From Rhodobacter capsulatus SB 1003 (GTDB lineage Bacteria > Pseudomonadota > Alphaproteobacteria > Rhodobacterales > Rhodobacteraceae): 32,000 nucleotides of DNA. The translations under genes were made by a program, and so were the position numbers. Below the pieces are notes generated by a model. That model was not told where the DNA came from. It did not search any database and saw only the letters and a program-made list of their open reading frames with translations. Position 1 is the first letter of the stretch, and each line of letters begins with the position of its first letter. Of the stretch, positions 7,448 through 18,068 are shown one piece after another. The stretch spans positions 1,380,001 to 1,412,000 of the forward strand of contig NC_014034.1 in assembly GCF_000021865.1 (NCBI RefSeq). The letters run 5' to 3'.

Positions 7448-9712
7448 ATGACACATTATGCACATTCGGGAACGCAGGCGGACCGGTCCGACTGGCAGAC
7501 ACTGCTTGATCATCTGCGGATGGTGGCGCTTTTGGCGCAAGACCGCGGCGCGGCCTTTGGGCTTGGCGCGGCGGCGGAACTGGCGGGGCGGTTGCACGAT
7601 CTGGGCAAATACGATCCTGCCTTTGATCGGGTGCTCTGCGGTGAACCGGGACCGGTTGTCGATCATTCCACCGCGGGGGGGCGGGTGCTGCTCGACCCCG
7701 CCTCGGGCTGCCCGAAACCCGTGGCCGAGGCTTTGGCGCAGACGATCCTTGGCCATCATGCGGGTTTGCCCGACACCAACAGTCCAGAAGACGGCGGCTG
7801 TCTGGTCGCCCGGATCGCGCGGCCGGGGGCGGCGCTTGCTGCGCAAGCCAGTGCGGACATGCCCGAGGATTTCAACGCGGTGTCGGACGAATTTCGTCGC
7901 AAGCTGCGCAAGGACAAGGCCGGTTTCGACTTTTCGGTCGCGACGCGGATGGTGTTTTCCTGCCTTGTCGATGCGGATTATCGCGACACCGAAGCCTTTT
8001 ACGATGCGCTTGAAGGGCGAAGCCGCGACCGCGACTGGCCCGCGTTGCAAAGCCTTCTGCCTGCGTTCCGGGCGCGGTTCGACGCGCATATGGCCGCCTT
8101 TGACCCCGGAACCGATCTGAACCGCCTGCGCGCCGAAATCCTGGCGCAGGTCCGGGCCAAGGCCGCACTGCCGCCGGGCCTGATCACCCTCTCGGTCCCG
8201 ACGGGCGGTGGAAAAACCCTTGCCTCGCTTGGCTTTGCGCTGGATCACGCGGCGTGCCACGGGCATCGGCGGATCATCTATGCGATCCCCTTCACCTCGA
8301 TCATCGACCAGACGGTGCAGGTCTTTGCCGATCTGCTGGGCGCCGAAAACGTGCTGGAACATCACAGCGCCATCGAGATCGAAACGCCGGGCCCGGGCCG
8401 CCGCGAGGCTGCCGATACGAAGGACCGAAGCCGCGACAAGGTCCGGCAGGCGATGGAGGACTGGGCCGCCCCCGTCGTCGTCACCACCAATGTGCAACTG
8501 TTCGAAAGCCTGTTTGCCGCGCGCCCTTCGCGCTGTCGCAAGCTGCACAACATTGCCGGATCGGTGATCGTGCTGGACGAGGCGCAATGCCTGCCGCGCA
8601 AGGTCTTGCTGCCGACGCTTGCCATGCTGGACACGCTTTGCGCGCATTACGGCTGCACGGTGGTGCTTTGCACCGCGACGCAGCCGGCCTTTGACAGCGC
8701 GCAATTGCAGCCGGGCGGTCTGGCGCTGGCCGGGCGGGAACTTGCGCCCGATCCGGGGACATTGGCCGGGCGGTTGCGCCGCGCGCGGATCGTGCAGGGG
8801 GGCGCGATGGACGATGCGGGCCTGGTCGCGGCGCTCGCTGCCACGCCGCAAGGCTTTGTCATCGTCAACAGCCGCAGGCACGCACTGGCGCTTTACCGCG
8901 CGGCCGAGGCGGCGGGGCTGGAGGGGCTCCTCCATCTGACCACCCGGCAATACCCCGCGCATCGGCGCGAGATCATCGAGCAGATCAGGGCGCGCCTCAA
9001 GGCGGGGCAGCCCTGCCGCCTGATTGCCACCAGCCTGATCGAAGCGGGGGTGGACCTTGATTTTCCCTGTGGCTGGCGCGCCGAGGCGGGGCTTGATTCC
9101 GTCATTCAGGCGGCCGGAAGGGTGAACCGGGAGGGCAAGCGGCCGCTTGACGCATCGGTGCTGACGGTGTTTTCCGCGCCCGACAACGCCCCGCCGGGGG
9201 ATGTGGCGCAACTGGCCGGGGCGATGCAATCGGTGGCGCGGGGGTGCGACGACCTGCTTGACCCCGCCGCGATCCGGCGCTGGTTCGAAGAGGTCTATTG
9301 GCGGGCAGGGCCGAAGCGGCTTGATGCCGAGGGGCTGATGGACAGGTTCACCTTTGATGGTTCCGCGACGAATTTCGCCTTCCGCACGGTGGCCGAGCGT
9401 TACCGGATGATCGACAGCCCGATGGTGCCGGTGATCGTGGCGCGCGACGAGACGGCCGCGGACTGGGTGGCAAGGCTCTCGAATGAGTGGGAGAAATCCG
9501 GCCCGCTTGCCCGCGCGCTGCAACCCTTCACGGTGCAGATCCCGCAAAGGGCGCGCGAGACGCTGCGGGCGAATGACAAGGGGGATTTCGAGGCCGCTCC
9601 TCTGCGTGGCGATGCGTTTTTCGTGCTGAGCGATGGCGGGCTTTACCGTGACGATTTCGGCCTGTGGTGGGAGCAGGCGGACTATCTGAGCGCGGATCAG
9701 AGTGTCATTTGA
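7448..9712 (+). CDS. cas3: Cas3 HD nuclease / DEAH helicase, type I
   Basis: ATG at 7448 follows GGAGGGAGGGG. HD motifs are present (HDLGKY, DHSTAGG, LGHHAGL, DADYRD). Helicase motifs are present: VPTGGGKT (Walker A), VLDEAQ (II), CTATQP (III), and a C-terminal Cas3 domain. It is the first gene of a type I-C operon. Confidence 0.93.
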   Translation: MTHYAHSGTQADRSDWQTLLDHLRMVALLAQDRGAAFGLGAAAELAGRLHDLGKYDPAFDRVLCGEPGPVVDHSTAGGRVLLDPASGCPKPVAEALAQTILGHHAGLPDTNSPEDGGCLVARIARPGAALAAQASADMPEDFNAVSDEFRRKLRKDKAGFDFSVATRMVFSCLVDADYRDTEAFYDALEGRSRDRDWPALQSLLPAFRARFDAHMAAFDPGTDLNRLRAEILAQVRAKAALPPGLITLSVPTGGGKTLASLGFALDHAACHGHRRIIYAIPFTSIIDQTVQVFADLLGAENVLEHHSAIEIETPGPGRREAADTKDRSRDKVRQAMEDWAAPVVVTTNVQLFESLFAARPSRCRKLHNIAGSVIVLDEAQCLPRKVLLPTLAMLDTLCAHYGCTVVLCTATQPAFDSAQLQPGGLALAGRELAPDPGTLAGRLRRARIVQGGAMDDAGLVAALAATPQGFVIVNSRRHALALYRAAEAAGLEGLLHLTTRQYPAHRREIIEQIRARLKAGQPCRLIATSLIEAGVDLDFPCGWRAEAGLDSVIQAAGRVNREGKRPLDASVLTVFSAPDNAPPGDVAQLAGAMQSVARGCDDLLDPAAIRRWFEEVYWRAGPKRLDAEGLMDRFTFDGSATNFAFRTVAERYRMIDSPMVPVIVARDETAADWVARLSNEWEKSGPLARALQPFTVQIPQRARETLRANDKGDFEAAPLRGDAFFVLSDGGLYRDDFGLWWEQADYLSADQSVI

Positions 9713-9833
9713 GGGTGACAAGTTTTGGCGCGGCGCTGTGCCAGACTGCGACTCACACGCTTGATGCGCGCGGCATCTTCCCCTTGCGCGGCTCAACTCA
9801 AGGGATAGACTGACCGGAATTTCGAGGTGATGC

Positions 9834-10532
9834 ATGGCTTATGGAATTCGTTTGCACGTGCGGGGGCGCCATGCGCTGTTTACCCGGCCGGAATTGAAGG
9901 TGGAGCGGGTCAGCTATGACGTGATGACCCCCTCGGCCGCGCGCGGTATCCTTGAGGCGATCCACTGGAAGCCCGCCATCAGTTGGGTGATCGATCGCAT
10001 CCATGTGCTCGAACCGATCCGCTTTCAGTCGATCCGCCGCAACGAGGTCGGTCACAAGGCGCCGACTGGTTCGATCAAGCAGGCGATGAACCGGGGCGAT
10101 CTGGCGGGGCTGCAAATTCTGGTCGATGAGGACCGCCAGCAACGCGCCTCGACCGTGCTCGTCGCCCCCGCCTATGTGATCGAGGCGCATTTCACCCTGA
10201 CCGCAAAGGCCGGGGCCGAGGACAGCGAGGGCAAGCATCTCGACATCTTCAACCGCCGCGCCGCGCGCGGGCAGTGTTTTCATCAGCCCTGTCTTGGCAC
10301 CCGCGAATTCGCCGCCGATTTCGCGCTTCTCGCCCCCGATGCGGCCTTGCCCGCGCGCAATCCGCTGGCGGAAACGGCGGATCTGGGCTTTGGCACGCCG
10401 CGCGATCTGGGGCTGATGCTGTGGGACATCGACCATGCTGCGCCCGGCCGCCCCTCGATGTTCTTTCGCGCCCGGCTGGTCGAGGGCGTGATGGAGGTGC
10501 CGCGCCCCGGATCGCCGGAGGTGCTGCGATGA
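9834..10532 (+). CDS. cas5: Cas5c (Cas5d), the pre-crRNA processing subunit of type I-C
   Basis: GAGGTG RBS lies 4 nt upstream. The N-terminus MAYGIRLHVRGRHALFTRPELKVERVSYDVMTPSAARGILEAIHWKP is the typical Cas5 subtype I-C signature. The stop overlaps the next start (ATGA). Confidence 0.92.
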   Translation: MAYGIRLHVRGRHALFTRPELKVERVSYDVMTPSAARGILEAIHWKPAISWVIDRIHVLEPIRFQSIRRNEVGHKAPTGSIKQAMNRGDLAGLQILVDEDRQQRASTVLVAPAYVIEAHFTLTAKAGAEDSEGKHLDIFNRRAARGQCFHQPCLGTREFAADFALLAPDAALPARNPLAETADLGFGTPRDLGLMLWDIDHAAPGRPSMFFRARLVEGVMEVPRPGSPEVLR

Positions 10533-12268
10533 GCCTGCTTGCGTCCCTGGTGCGGGCTTACGAGCGGATGCCCGATGCGCCGCCCTATGGCTATTCGACC
10601 GAGAAGATCGGTTTTTGCGTGGTTCTGACGGCGGCGGGCGAGGTCGTCGAGGTCGCCGATCTGCGCGACACCGACAAGAAGCGCAGCCCGCGCATGCTGA
10701 TGGTGCCGCAGGCGGTCAAGCGCACCGTCGGTATCGCCCCCAACTTCCTGTGGGACAAGAGCGCCTATGTGCTGGGCGTCACCGCAGGCGAGGGCAAACG
10801 CACCGCCGAGGAACATGCGAAGTTCCGCGAAAGGCATCTGACCGCGCTGGCCGGAGCGGAAGATCCGGGGCTTTTGGCCCTTGCCCGGTTTTTGCAGACC
10901 TGGACGCCCGAGGCCTTTGGGCCGCCGCTCTGGCCCGAGGAGGCGAAAGACCAGAACCTTGTGTTTCGGCTGGCAGACGAATTTGGCTACCTGCACGACC
11001 GTCCCGCCGCGCGGGCGCTTTGGGCGCGGCTTGGGGCCGAGGCGGCGTCTGAGGCGCAGGTCTGCCTTGTGACGGGGGCCTCTGCCCCGGTCGCGCGGCT
11101 GCATCCGTCCTTGAAGGGGGTCTGGGGCGCGCAATCCTCGGGGGCCAGTCTGATTTCGTTCAACCTCGACGCTTTCAATTCCTACGGCCACGAACAGGGC
11201 GACAATGCCCCGGTGTCGGAGGGCGCGGCCTTCGCCTATACCACTGCGCTCAATCGCTTTTTGGAAAAGGACAGCGGTCACCGCCTCCAGATCGGCGATG
11301 CCTCGACGGTATTCTGGGCGGATGCGTCCGAGGCCGAGGCGGCGCAGGCCGAGGGCTTCTTTGCCGCCTTTTTCGATACGGCGGCGACCGAGAAGATCGA
11401 GGCCTTGAACATCGGCGCGCAACTGGCGCGCATCCGGGCTTGCGAGCCGCTTGCCGAGGTGGCGCCGCAGCTGGCAAGCGGCGTGCGGTTCTGCGTTCTG
11501 GGCCTTGCCCCCAATGCCGCGCGGCTTTCGGTGCGGTTCTGGTGGGAGGACGACTTCGGCACGCTGACGGCGCATTATCAGCGTTACCTTGACGACATGC
11601 GCCTTGATCCGCCGCCGCGCGACGACTGGCCGCCGCTTTGGAGATATCTCTCCGAACTGGCGCCGCAGGGCAAACGCGAGAACGTGCCCCCCCTGATCGC
11701 GGGCGACTGGATGCGCGCGATCCTGACCGGCACCGCCTATCCGCTGACGCTGCTGTCGACCGTGCTCATGCGCATCCGCGCCGATGGCGAGATCAACGCC
11801 CTGCGCGCGGCGATGCTCAAATCCGTTCTGATCCGCAATTTCCAGTCAAAGGAGGCCCCGGTGGCACTTGATCCCGCATCCAAAGACACGGGCTATGTCT
11901 TGGGTCGCCTGTTCGCGGCTTATGAAAACATCCAGAAGGCCGCGCTTGGCAAAGGCGTGAACGCGACGATCCGCGACAAATTCTATGGCTCGGCTTCCGC
12001 CACGCCCGCGCGGGTGTTCGGCTCGCTCGCCGCCAACGCCTTCAATCACTTGGCCAAGATCCGCAAGGAGAAACCGGCCTTCGCGCATTACCTGCAGGAC
12101 GAACTGCAGCAGATCGCCAACTTGCTGGAGGTCTCCGCCGAACCTTTCCCGTCTTCGCTGTCGCAGGAATCGCAGGCGAAATTCGCGCTGGGCTATTACC
12201 ACCAGGCCAGCTTCCGCAAGCCTGCCGACACCGAGCAAGAGCCCCATTCCGAGGAGCAACCGCAATGA
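10529..12268 (+). CDS. cas8c: Cas8c (Csd1), large subunit of type I-C Cascade
   Basis: Start is MSLLASLVRAYERM..YGYS.EKIGFCVVL, a typical Csd1 N-terminus. It is ~579 aa and sits between cas5c and cas7c. ATGA overlaps occur at both ends. Confidence 0.9.
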   Translation: MSLLASLVRAYERMPDAPPYGYSTEKIGFCVVLTAAGEVVEVADLRDTDKKRSPRMLMVPQAVKRTVGIAPNFLWDKSAYVLGVTAGEGKRTAEEHAKFRERHLTALAGAEDPGLLALARFLQTWTPEAFGPPLWPEEAKDQNLVFRLADEFGYLHDRPAARALWARLGAEAASEAQVCLVTGASAPVARLHPSLKGVWGAQSSGASLISFNLDAFNSYGHEQGDNAPVSEGAAFAYTTALNRFLEKDSGHRLQIGDASTVFWADASEAEAAQAEGFFAAFFDTAATEKIEALNIGAQLARIRACEPLAEVAPQLASGVRFCVLGLAPNAARLSVRFWWEDDFGTLTAHYQRYLDDMRLDPPPRDDWPPLWRYLSELAPQGKRENVPPLIAGDWMRAILTGTAYPLTLLSTVLMRIRADGEINALRAAMLKSVLIRNFQSKEAPVALDPASKDTGYVLGRLFAAYENIQKAALGKGVNATIRDKFYGSASATPARVFGSLAANAFNHLAKIRKEKPAFAHYLQDELQQIANLLEVSAEPFPSSLSQESQAKFALGYYHQASFRKPADTEQEPHSEEQPQ

Positions 12269-13215
12269 TCCCGCTTTCCCGCCGCCACGATTTCGTGCTG
12301 ATCTTCGACGTCACCAACGGCAATCCGAATGGCGACCCGGATGCGGGCAACCTGCCGCGGCTTGACCCTGAAACCAACCATGGGCTGGTGTCCGACGTCA
12401 GCCTCAAGCGCAAGCTGCGCAATTATGTCGAGCTGGCCCGCACCGGCGAGGCCGGTCACCACATCTATGTGCAGGAAGGCGCAATCCTGAACGAGAAACA
12501 CCGGCAAGCCTATGTGGCGATCCGGGGGGACGAAAAGTCGAAAAAGGACGCCAAGCTCAATCCGAAAGACGACACCGAAGCCAAGGCGCTGCGCGACTGG
12601 ATGTGCGCCAATTTCTTCGACGTGCGGACTTTTGGCGCGGTGATGTCCACCGGCGTCAATTGCGGTCAGGTCAAGGGGCCGGTGCAGATGACCTTCGCGC
12701 GCTCGGTCGAACCGATCCTGCCGGTGGAAATCTCGATCACCCGGATGGCCGCCACGAACGAGGCGGAACAGAAGAAACGCGCCGAGGGCGAGGACGGTGA
12801 CACCCGCACCGACAACCGGACCATGGGCCGCAAGCATATCGTGCCCTACGGGCTTTACGTCGCGCATGGCTTCATCTCGGCCAAATTCGCCGAGCGCACC
12901 GGGTTTTCCGAGGCTGACCTCGATCTGCTTTTCGAGGCGCTGGCGAACATGTTCGAGCATGACCGCTCGGCCGCGCGCGGCGAAATGACCACCCGCAAGC
13001 TGATCGTCTTCGCGCATGAAAACGCGCTGGGCAACGCCCCCGCCCATGCGCTGTTCGACCGTATCCGCATCGGGCGCGCGGTGGATGGCGAGTTCCGCAA
13101 TCTGGACGATCGCGGCCTTGGCAACCTCGCACCCGCGCGCAAGTTCTCGGACTACCGCGTCGAGATCGACCGCGAGGGCCTGCCTGCGGGCGTCGAAATC
13201 CGCGAGCTGCTCTGA
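12265..13215 (+). CDS. cas7: Cas7c (Csd2), type I-C Cascade backbone subunit
   Basis: The stretch FDVTNGNPNGDPDAGNLPRLDPETNHGLVSDVSLKRKLRNY is the canonical Csd2/Cas7 I-C motif. It is 316 aa and overlaps its neighbours. Confidence 0.93.
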   Translation: MIPLSRRHDFVLIFDVTNGNPNGDPDAGNLPRLDPETNHGLVSDVSLKRKLRNYVELARTGEAGHHIYVQEGAILNEKHRQAYVAIRGDEKSKKDAKLNPKDDTEAKALRDWMCANFFDVRTFGAVMSTGVNCGQVKGPVQMTFARSVEPILPVEISITRMAATNEAEQKKRAEGEDGDTRTDNRTMGRKHIVPYGLYVAHGFISAKFAERTGFSEADLDLLFEALANMFEHDRSAARGEMTTRKLIVFAHENALGNAPAHALFDRIRIGRAVDGEFRNLDDRGLGNLAPARKFSDYRVEIDREGLPAGVEIRELL

Positions 13216-13865
13216 TGCCCGCGCCGCCCGCCGAGGAGGAGACGATCCCTCTCTCGGCGCTGCAGCATGCGGTTTACTGTTTGCGGCAGGCGGCGCTGAT
13301 CCATCTCGAACGGCTCTGGGACGAGAATATCTTTACCGCGCAAGGGGATGTGCTGCACGCGGTGGCCGACAAGGGCGGCAGTCGAAAGGGCAGGGGAGGG
13401 CGGCGGGTGCTCTCGTTGCCCTTGGGTTCCGTGCGGCTCAACCTGTCGGGCACAGCCGATCTGGTCGAATTCCAGCCGCAGCCCGACGGCAGCGAACGCC
13501 CCTTTCCGGTCGAATACAAGCGCGGCAAACCAAAGCTGCACCGCGCCGACGAGGCGCAGCTTTGCGCGCAGGCGCTGTGCCTTGAGGAGATGACCGGCCA
13601 GCCGGTGCCCGAAGGCGCGCTTTACTATGCCCAGACGAAACGGCGCGTCACCGTGCCGATCGATGCCGAGCTTCGCGCCCTCACCATGGCCGCCGTGGCC
13701 GATCTGGCAGAGGTCTTTGCCCGCCGCACCACCCCGCCCCCCACGCCGCACCGCAGCCGTTGCCGGGCCTGCTCGCTCATCGACCTCTGCCGCCCCGAGA
13801 CCGTCGCCCGCCCGGTGAAACGCTGGCGCGACCAGACCCTGGCCCGGCTCCTGGAGGCGCGATGA
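13215..13865 (+). CDS. cas4: Cas4 RecB-like exonuclease with an Fe-S cysteine cluster
   Basis: An N-terminal Cys (LQHAVYCLRQAAL), the core VEYKRGKPK, and a C-terminal C..C.....C (RCRACSLIDLC) are present. It sits between cas7 and cas1. TGATG and ATGA overlaps mark its ends. Confidence 0.9.
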   Translation: MPAPPAEEETIPLSALQHAVYCLRQAALIHLERLWDENIFTAQGDVLHAVADKGGSRKGRGGRRVLSLPLGSVRLNLSGTADLVEFQPQPDGSERPFPVEYKRGKPKLHRADEAQLCAQALCLEEMTGQPVPEGALYYAQTKRRVTVPIDAELRALTMAAVADLAEVFARRTTPPPTPHRSRCRACSLIDLCRPETVARPVKRWRDQTLARLLEAR

Positions 13866-14896
13866 AGAAGCTTCTGAACACCGTCTATGTCACCACCGAG
13901 GGCGCGGCGCTGCGGCTGGAGGGCGAGACCCTCGTGGCCGAGATCGAGGGTGCCGACAAGACTCGGGTGCCGCTGCATATGCTGGCCTCGGTCGTGGTGT
14001 TCGGCCCGGTCTTGCTGACCCCCGCGCTGATCGCCGTCTGCGCCGAGCGCGGCATCACCCTTGCCCTGATGGGCCGCAATGGCCGGTTTCAGGCCCGCGT
14101 CGAAGGCCCGGTCTCGGGCAATGTGCTGTTGCGCCGTGAACAATACCGCCGCGCCGACAGCCCCGAAGAGATCGTCCGGTCCTTCGTTCTGGGCAAGGTG
14201 TCGAACCAGCGCGCGGTGATCCGCCGGGCCTTGCGCGACTACGGCGATGACATGGCGCCCCCGGCAAGGGCAGCGCTGGAGACCGCCGCCGACCGCATGG
14301 CGCAGATCCTGCGCCGGGTGCAGCTTGCCGATGCCTCGGTCGAGGCGATGCGCGGCTCCGAGGGCGAGGCCGCCAATCTTTATTTCGCCGTCTTCGATCA
14401 TCTGATCCGCGCGCCCGATGCCGAATTGCGCTGGACGCTCCGTTCCCGCCGCCCGCCGCTCGATCCGATGAACGCGCTGGTGTCGTTCCTTTACACGCTT
14501 CTGACGCATGACTGCCGCTCCGCCTGCGAGGCGGTGGGGCTGGACCCGGCGGTGGGCTTCCTGCACCGCGACCGCCCCGGCCGGCCCAGCCTTGCCCTTG
14601 ATCTGATGGAGGAATTGCGCGCGCCCCTGGCCGACCGGCTGGCTTTGTCGCTGGTCAATCGTCGTCAGTTGCGGGCGGCGGATTTCCGGCAGATGGAGGG
14701 GGGCGCGGTGCTTTTGACCGATGACGCGCGGCGCAGCGTTCTGACCGCCTGGCAGGACCGCAAGCGCGAGGAGCGGCTGCATCCCTTCTTGCAGGAAAAG
14801 GCGCCTTTCGGGCTGGTGCCTTTCCTGCAGGCGCAGATGCTGGCCCGCCACCTGCGCGGTGACATCGACGCCTATCCGCCCTGGTTCTGGAGTTGA
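13862..14896 (+). CDS. cas1: Cas1 integrase, subtype I-C
   Basis: Starts [24 protein letters not shown]. It contains the conserved Cas1 blocks [30 protein letters not shown] and [20 protein letters not shown]. Confidence 0.93.
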   Translation: MKKLLNTVYVTTEGAALRLEGETLVAEIEGADKTRVPLHMLASVVVFGPVLLTPALIAVCAERGITLALMGRNGRFQARVEGPVSGNVLLRREQYRRADSPEEIVRSFVLGKVSNQRAVIRRALRDYGDDMAPPARAALETAADRMAQILRRVQLADASVEAMRGSEGEAANLYFAVFDHLIRAPDAELRWTLRSRRPPLDPMNALVSFLYTLLTHDCRSACEAVGLDPAVGFLHRDRPGRPSLALDLMEELRAPLADRLALSLVNRRQLRAADFRQMEGGAVLLTDDARRSVLTAWQDRKREERLHPFLQEKAPFGLVPFLQAQMLARHLRGDIDAYPPWFWS

Positions 14897-14897
14897 G

Positions 14898-15188
14898 ATG
14901 CTGGTTCTGGTCACCTACGATGTGAACACGCTCGAAGAGGGCGGCAAGAAGCGGCTGCGCCGGGTGGCGAAAGCCTGCGAGGATTTCGGCCAGCGCGTGC
15001 AGTTCTCGGTCTTCGAGATCGAGGTGGACCCGGGGCAATGGGTGAAGCTGAAAGCGCGGCTGGAAGCGGTCATCCGGCCGGAGTTTGACAGTCTGAGGTA
15101 TTATTATCTGGGGTCGAACTGGGAGCGGAACGTTGAACATGTCGGCGCCAAGCCTGCGCTTGACCTGAACGGCCCGTTGATCCTCTGA
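14898..15188 (+). CDS. cas2: Cas2 (96 aa)
   Basis: Starts MLVLVTYDV..., then [23 protein letters not shown]. It is the last cas gene before the leader. The start lies 1 nt after the cas1 stop. Confidence 0.9.
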   Translation: MLVLVTYDVNTLEEGGKKRLRRVAKACEDFGQRVQFSVFEIEVDPGQWVKLKARLEAVIRPEFDSLRYYYLGSNWERNVEHVGAKPALDLNGPLIL

Positions 15189-15364
15189 TCTGCGAACCCC
15201 AAGGGTGTGGCCGTTTCCCACCCGGTTCGCACCGCGTCAGCTCTTTGAAATTGTGGATGAAGCACCGGAGCACCTTGCGCTGCCGCTCCGGAGGCGCTTG
15301 CGACAAGCACCTTCGCACCACCGGAGCAATTTACACCGTCTGGTCAGCGGGTTACGAAACGGCA
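15189..15364 (+). promoter_or_regulatory. CRISPR leader
   Basis: A 176-nt non-coding spacer lies between the cas2 stop and repeat 1. Polarity is supported by intact repeats at this end and an altered repeat at the far end. It contains direct repeats CACCGGAGCA (15264 and 15318) and AGCACCTT (15269 and 15306). A repeat-end-like GCGGGTTACGAAAC lies 4 nt before repeat 1. Confidence 0.7.
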
Positions 15365-18068
15365 GTCGCTCCCCCCGCGGGGGCGTGGATCGAAACTGCA
15401 CCCGCTGGCCCTGCCGGTGATCGGTGATCAGCGGTCGCTCCCCCCGCGGGGGCGTGGATCGAAACATCGCCGCTTTGGCGGTCGACAGGCTGGTAACGTG
15501 TCGCTCCCCCCGCGGGGGCGTGGATCGAAACATCTCGGTGCCGTCGCTCGTCCAGCCGGCCTGCTCGTCGCTCCCCCCGCGGGGGCGTGGATCGAAACCA
15601 CCTTGCGGATTGTCACTTTCGCGGGGCGAAGCGTCGCTCCCCCCGCGGGGGCGTGGATCGAAACATCTGCATGTAGTCGGCGGGCAGTTCGAGCCGCAGT
15701 CGCTCCCCCCGCGGGGGCGTGGATCGAAACTGGTATGGATCTGGCGCAAACGGAAAGTCTGTCGTCGCTCCCCCCGCGGGGGCGTGGATCGAAACCTGCG
15801 GCGTGAGTTGCCAGTGATAGACGCCGTGGACGTCGCTCCCCCCGCGGGGGCGTGGATCGAAACTGCGCCGCCTATCGCATCCGGTCGAGCGCCGCGCAGT
15901 CGCTCCCCCCGCGGGGGCGTGGATCGAAACGATGCGTTCATGGCCTACGTCGGGCAGTGGACTGGTCGCTCCCCCCGCGGGGGCGTGGATCGAAACTCGC
16001 CCTCGATCCGCGCTTGCCTCACGCCTGCCGCGTCGCTCCCCCCGCGGGGGCGTGGATCGAAACAGGCGCATCTGATGTATATGCCCGGTGAGACGGCTGT
16101 CGCTCCCCCCGCGGGGGCGTGGATCGAAACTTTTCGTCATCTGGCAGGCTCGCGCCGCCACGCTGCGTCGCTCCCCCCGCGGGGGCGTGGATCGAAACCC
16201 GGCGAAAAACGGCCATGCCTCCGGGTGTCTGGCTGTCGCTCCCCCCGCGGGGGCGTGGATCGAAACAGCAGGTCAGCCGCGGCCCCGGTGAACTTCTGTT
16301 CGTCGCTCCCCCCGCGGGGGCGTGGATCGAAACAAGCAGTGGGGTGAGTGGGCTGACCAGACAAACGCTGTCGCTCCCCCCGCGGGGGCGTGGATCGAAA
16401 CCGCGCCCTGCGGGTGATGGCGACGGGCACCACGGCGGTCGCTCCCCCCGCGGGGGCGTGGATCGAAACGGACCTGAAATTCCGCGGGAAACGCGGCGGC
16501 GAGCACGTCGCTCCCCCCGCGGGGGCGTGGATCGAAACTGCTTTCGTGGGACTGGCCAGCCGCCCGCGCCAAGTCGCTCCCCCCGCGGGGGCGTGGATCG
16601 AAACGATTTCGTCGCTTACGACGCCTATCTGATTTCGGGTCGCTCCCCCCGCGGGGGCGTGGATCGAAACCATGCGGCGATAACTCGCTCTTGCGATCCG
16701 TCATCGTCGCTCCCCCCGCGGGGGCGTGGATCGAAACCCTGTCCCTCATATGCTGCCACGATGCCCTTGAGTCGCTCCCCCCGCGGGGGCGTGGATCGAA
16801 ACCGTGTGGATGATCATGCAGCGCGGACGGCTTGGGTCGCTCCCCCCGCGGGGGCGTGGATCGAAACCGGTCCAGAGATAGACCGCGCGGACCTCCTCAG
16901 ACGTCGCTCCCCCCGCGGGGGCGTGGATCGAAACAGCCTGCGCGGCCGCATCGGCTTCCGCCTGCGTGGTCGCTCCCCCCGCGGGGGCGTGGATCGAAAC
17001 ATCAGCTCGTCGTTGGTCAGCCGGACGATGTCCGTCGCTCCCCCCGCGGGGGCGTGGATCGAAACTGCCGTCTTGAGTGATGGGGCGCGAGCACATGTCG
17101 TCGCTCCCCCCGCGGGGGCGTGGATCGAAACGTCCAGCTCGCGCCACATGTCTTCGACCGTGCGCCGTCGCTCCCCCCGCGGGGGCGTGGATCGAAACGT
17201 GTCTGCCACGACGCCCTGCACCAGATCCGCGCCGTCGCTCCCCCCGCGGGGGCGTGGATCGAAACACCGCGCACGCGCGAACGGCGTCAGCCCCGCGAAC
17301 GTCGCTCCCCCCGCGGGAGCGTGGATCGAAACGGCTTTACAGCCTTCGCGCCCCACGCCAGACGGACGTCGCTCCCCCCGCGGGGGCGTGGATCGAAACT
17401 CTTCAATGGATATGGCAAAACCGTCCGCGACATGTCGCTCCCCCCGCGGGGGCGTGGATCGAAACACCGTCATCACCACGCAACCGCCCTGCACCACCGG
17501 TCGCTCCCCCCGCGGGGGCGTGGATCGAAACAACCCGATCATGGCCCGCCTCAGCGCCGCGCTGACGTCGCTCCCCCCGCGGGGGCGTGGATCGAAACAT
17601 CCGCGGATCGGCGTGACCCGCCCCGCCCATCGGTCGCTCCCCCCGCGGGGGCGTGGATCGAAACTACAGAGTTCCGGTCTTGTTCTGTTCCGGTAACAGG
17701 TCGCTCCCCCCGCGGGCGCGTGGATCGAAACTTGTCTGACGCGCTCATCAGCACGTCAAGATTCAGTCGCTCCCCCCGCGGGGGCGTGGATCGAAACGGT
17801 GTCCAGCGTCACATGCAGCGGCGTCGCATCGCCATGTCGCTCCCCCCGCGGGGGCGTGGATCGAAACCCGGCACCTCAGCCCCGCCCGCTGTCTCACCAA
17901 CAGTCGCTCCCCCCGCGGGGGCGTGGATCGAAACTCTATGGGAGGCTAGGGAGGCTACGCACCTTCAAAAGTCGCTCCCCCCGCGGGGGCGTGGATCGAA
18001 ACCGCCGCGCAAAAAGCCCGCCAAGAAGCGGAGCAAGTCGCTCCCCCCGCGGGGGCGTGGATCGTAAG
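15365..18068 (+). CRISPR. Type I-C CRISPR array, 41 repeats and 40 spacers
   Basis: The 32-nt repeat is GTCGCTCCCCCCGCGGGGGCGTGGATCGAAAC, with the I-C-type 3' end GTGGATCGAAAC. I located all 41 copies by hand. Spacers are 33-38 nt, all different, and the lengths sum exactly to the array length. Variants are repeat 30 (17301, G18A), repeat 36 (17700, G18C) and the last repeat (18037), which ends ...GGATCGTAAG. Confidence 0.97.
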
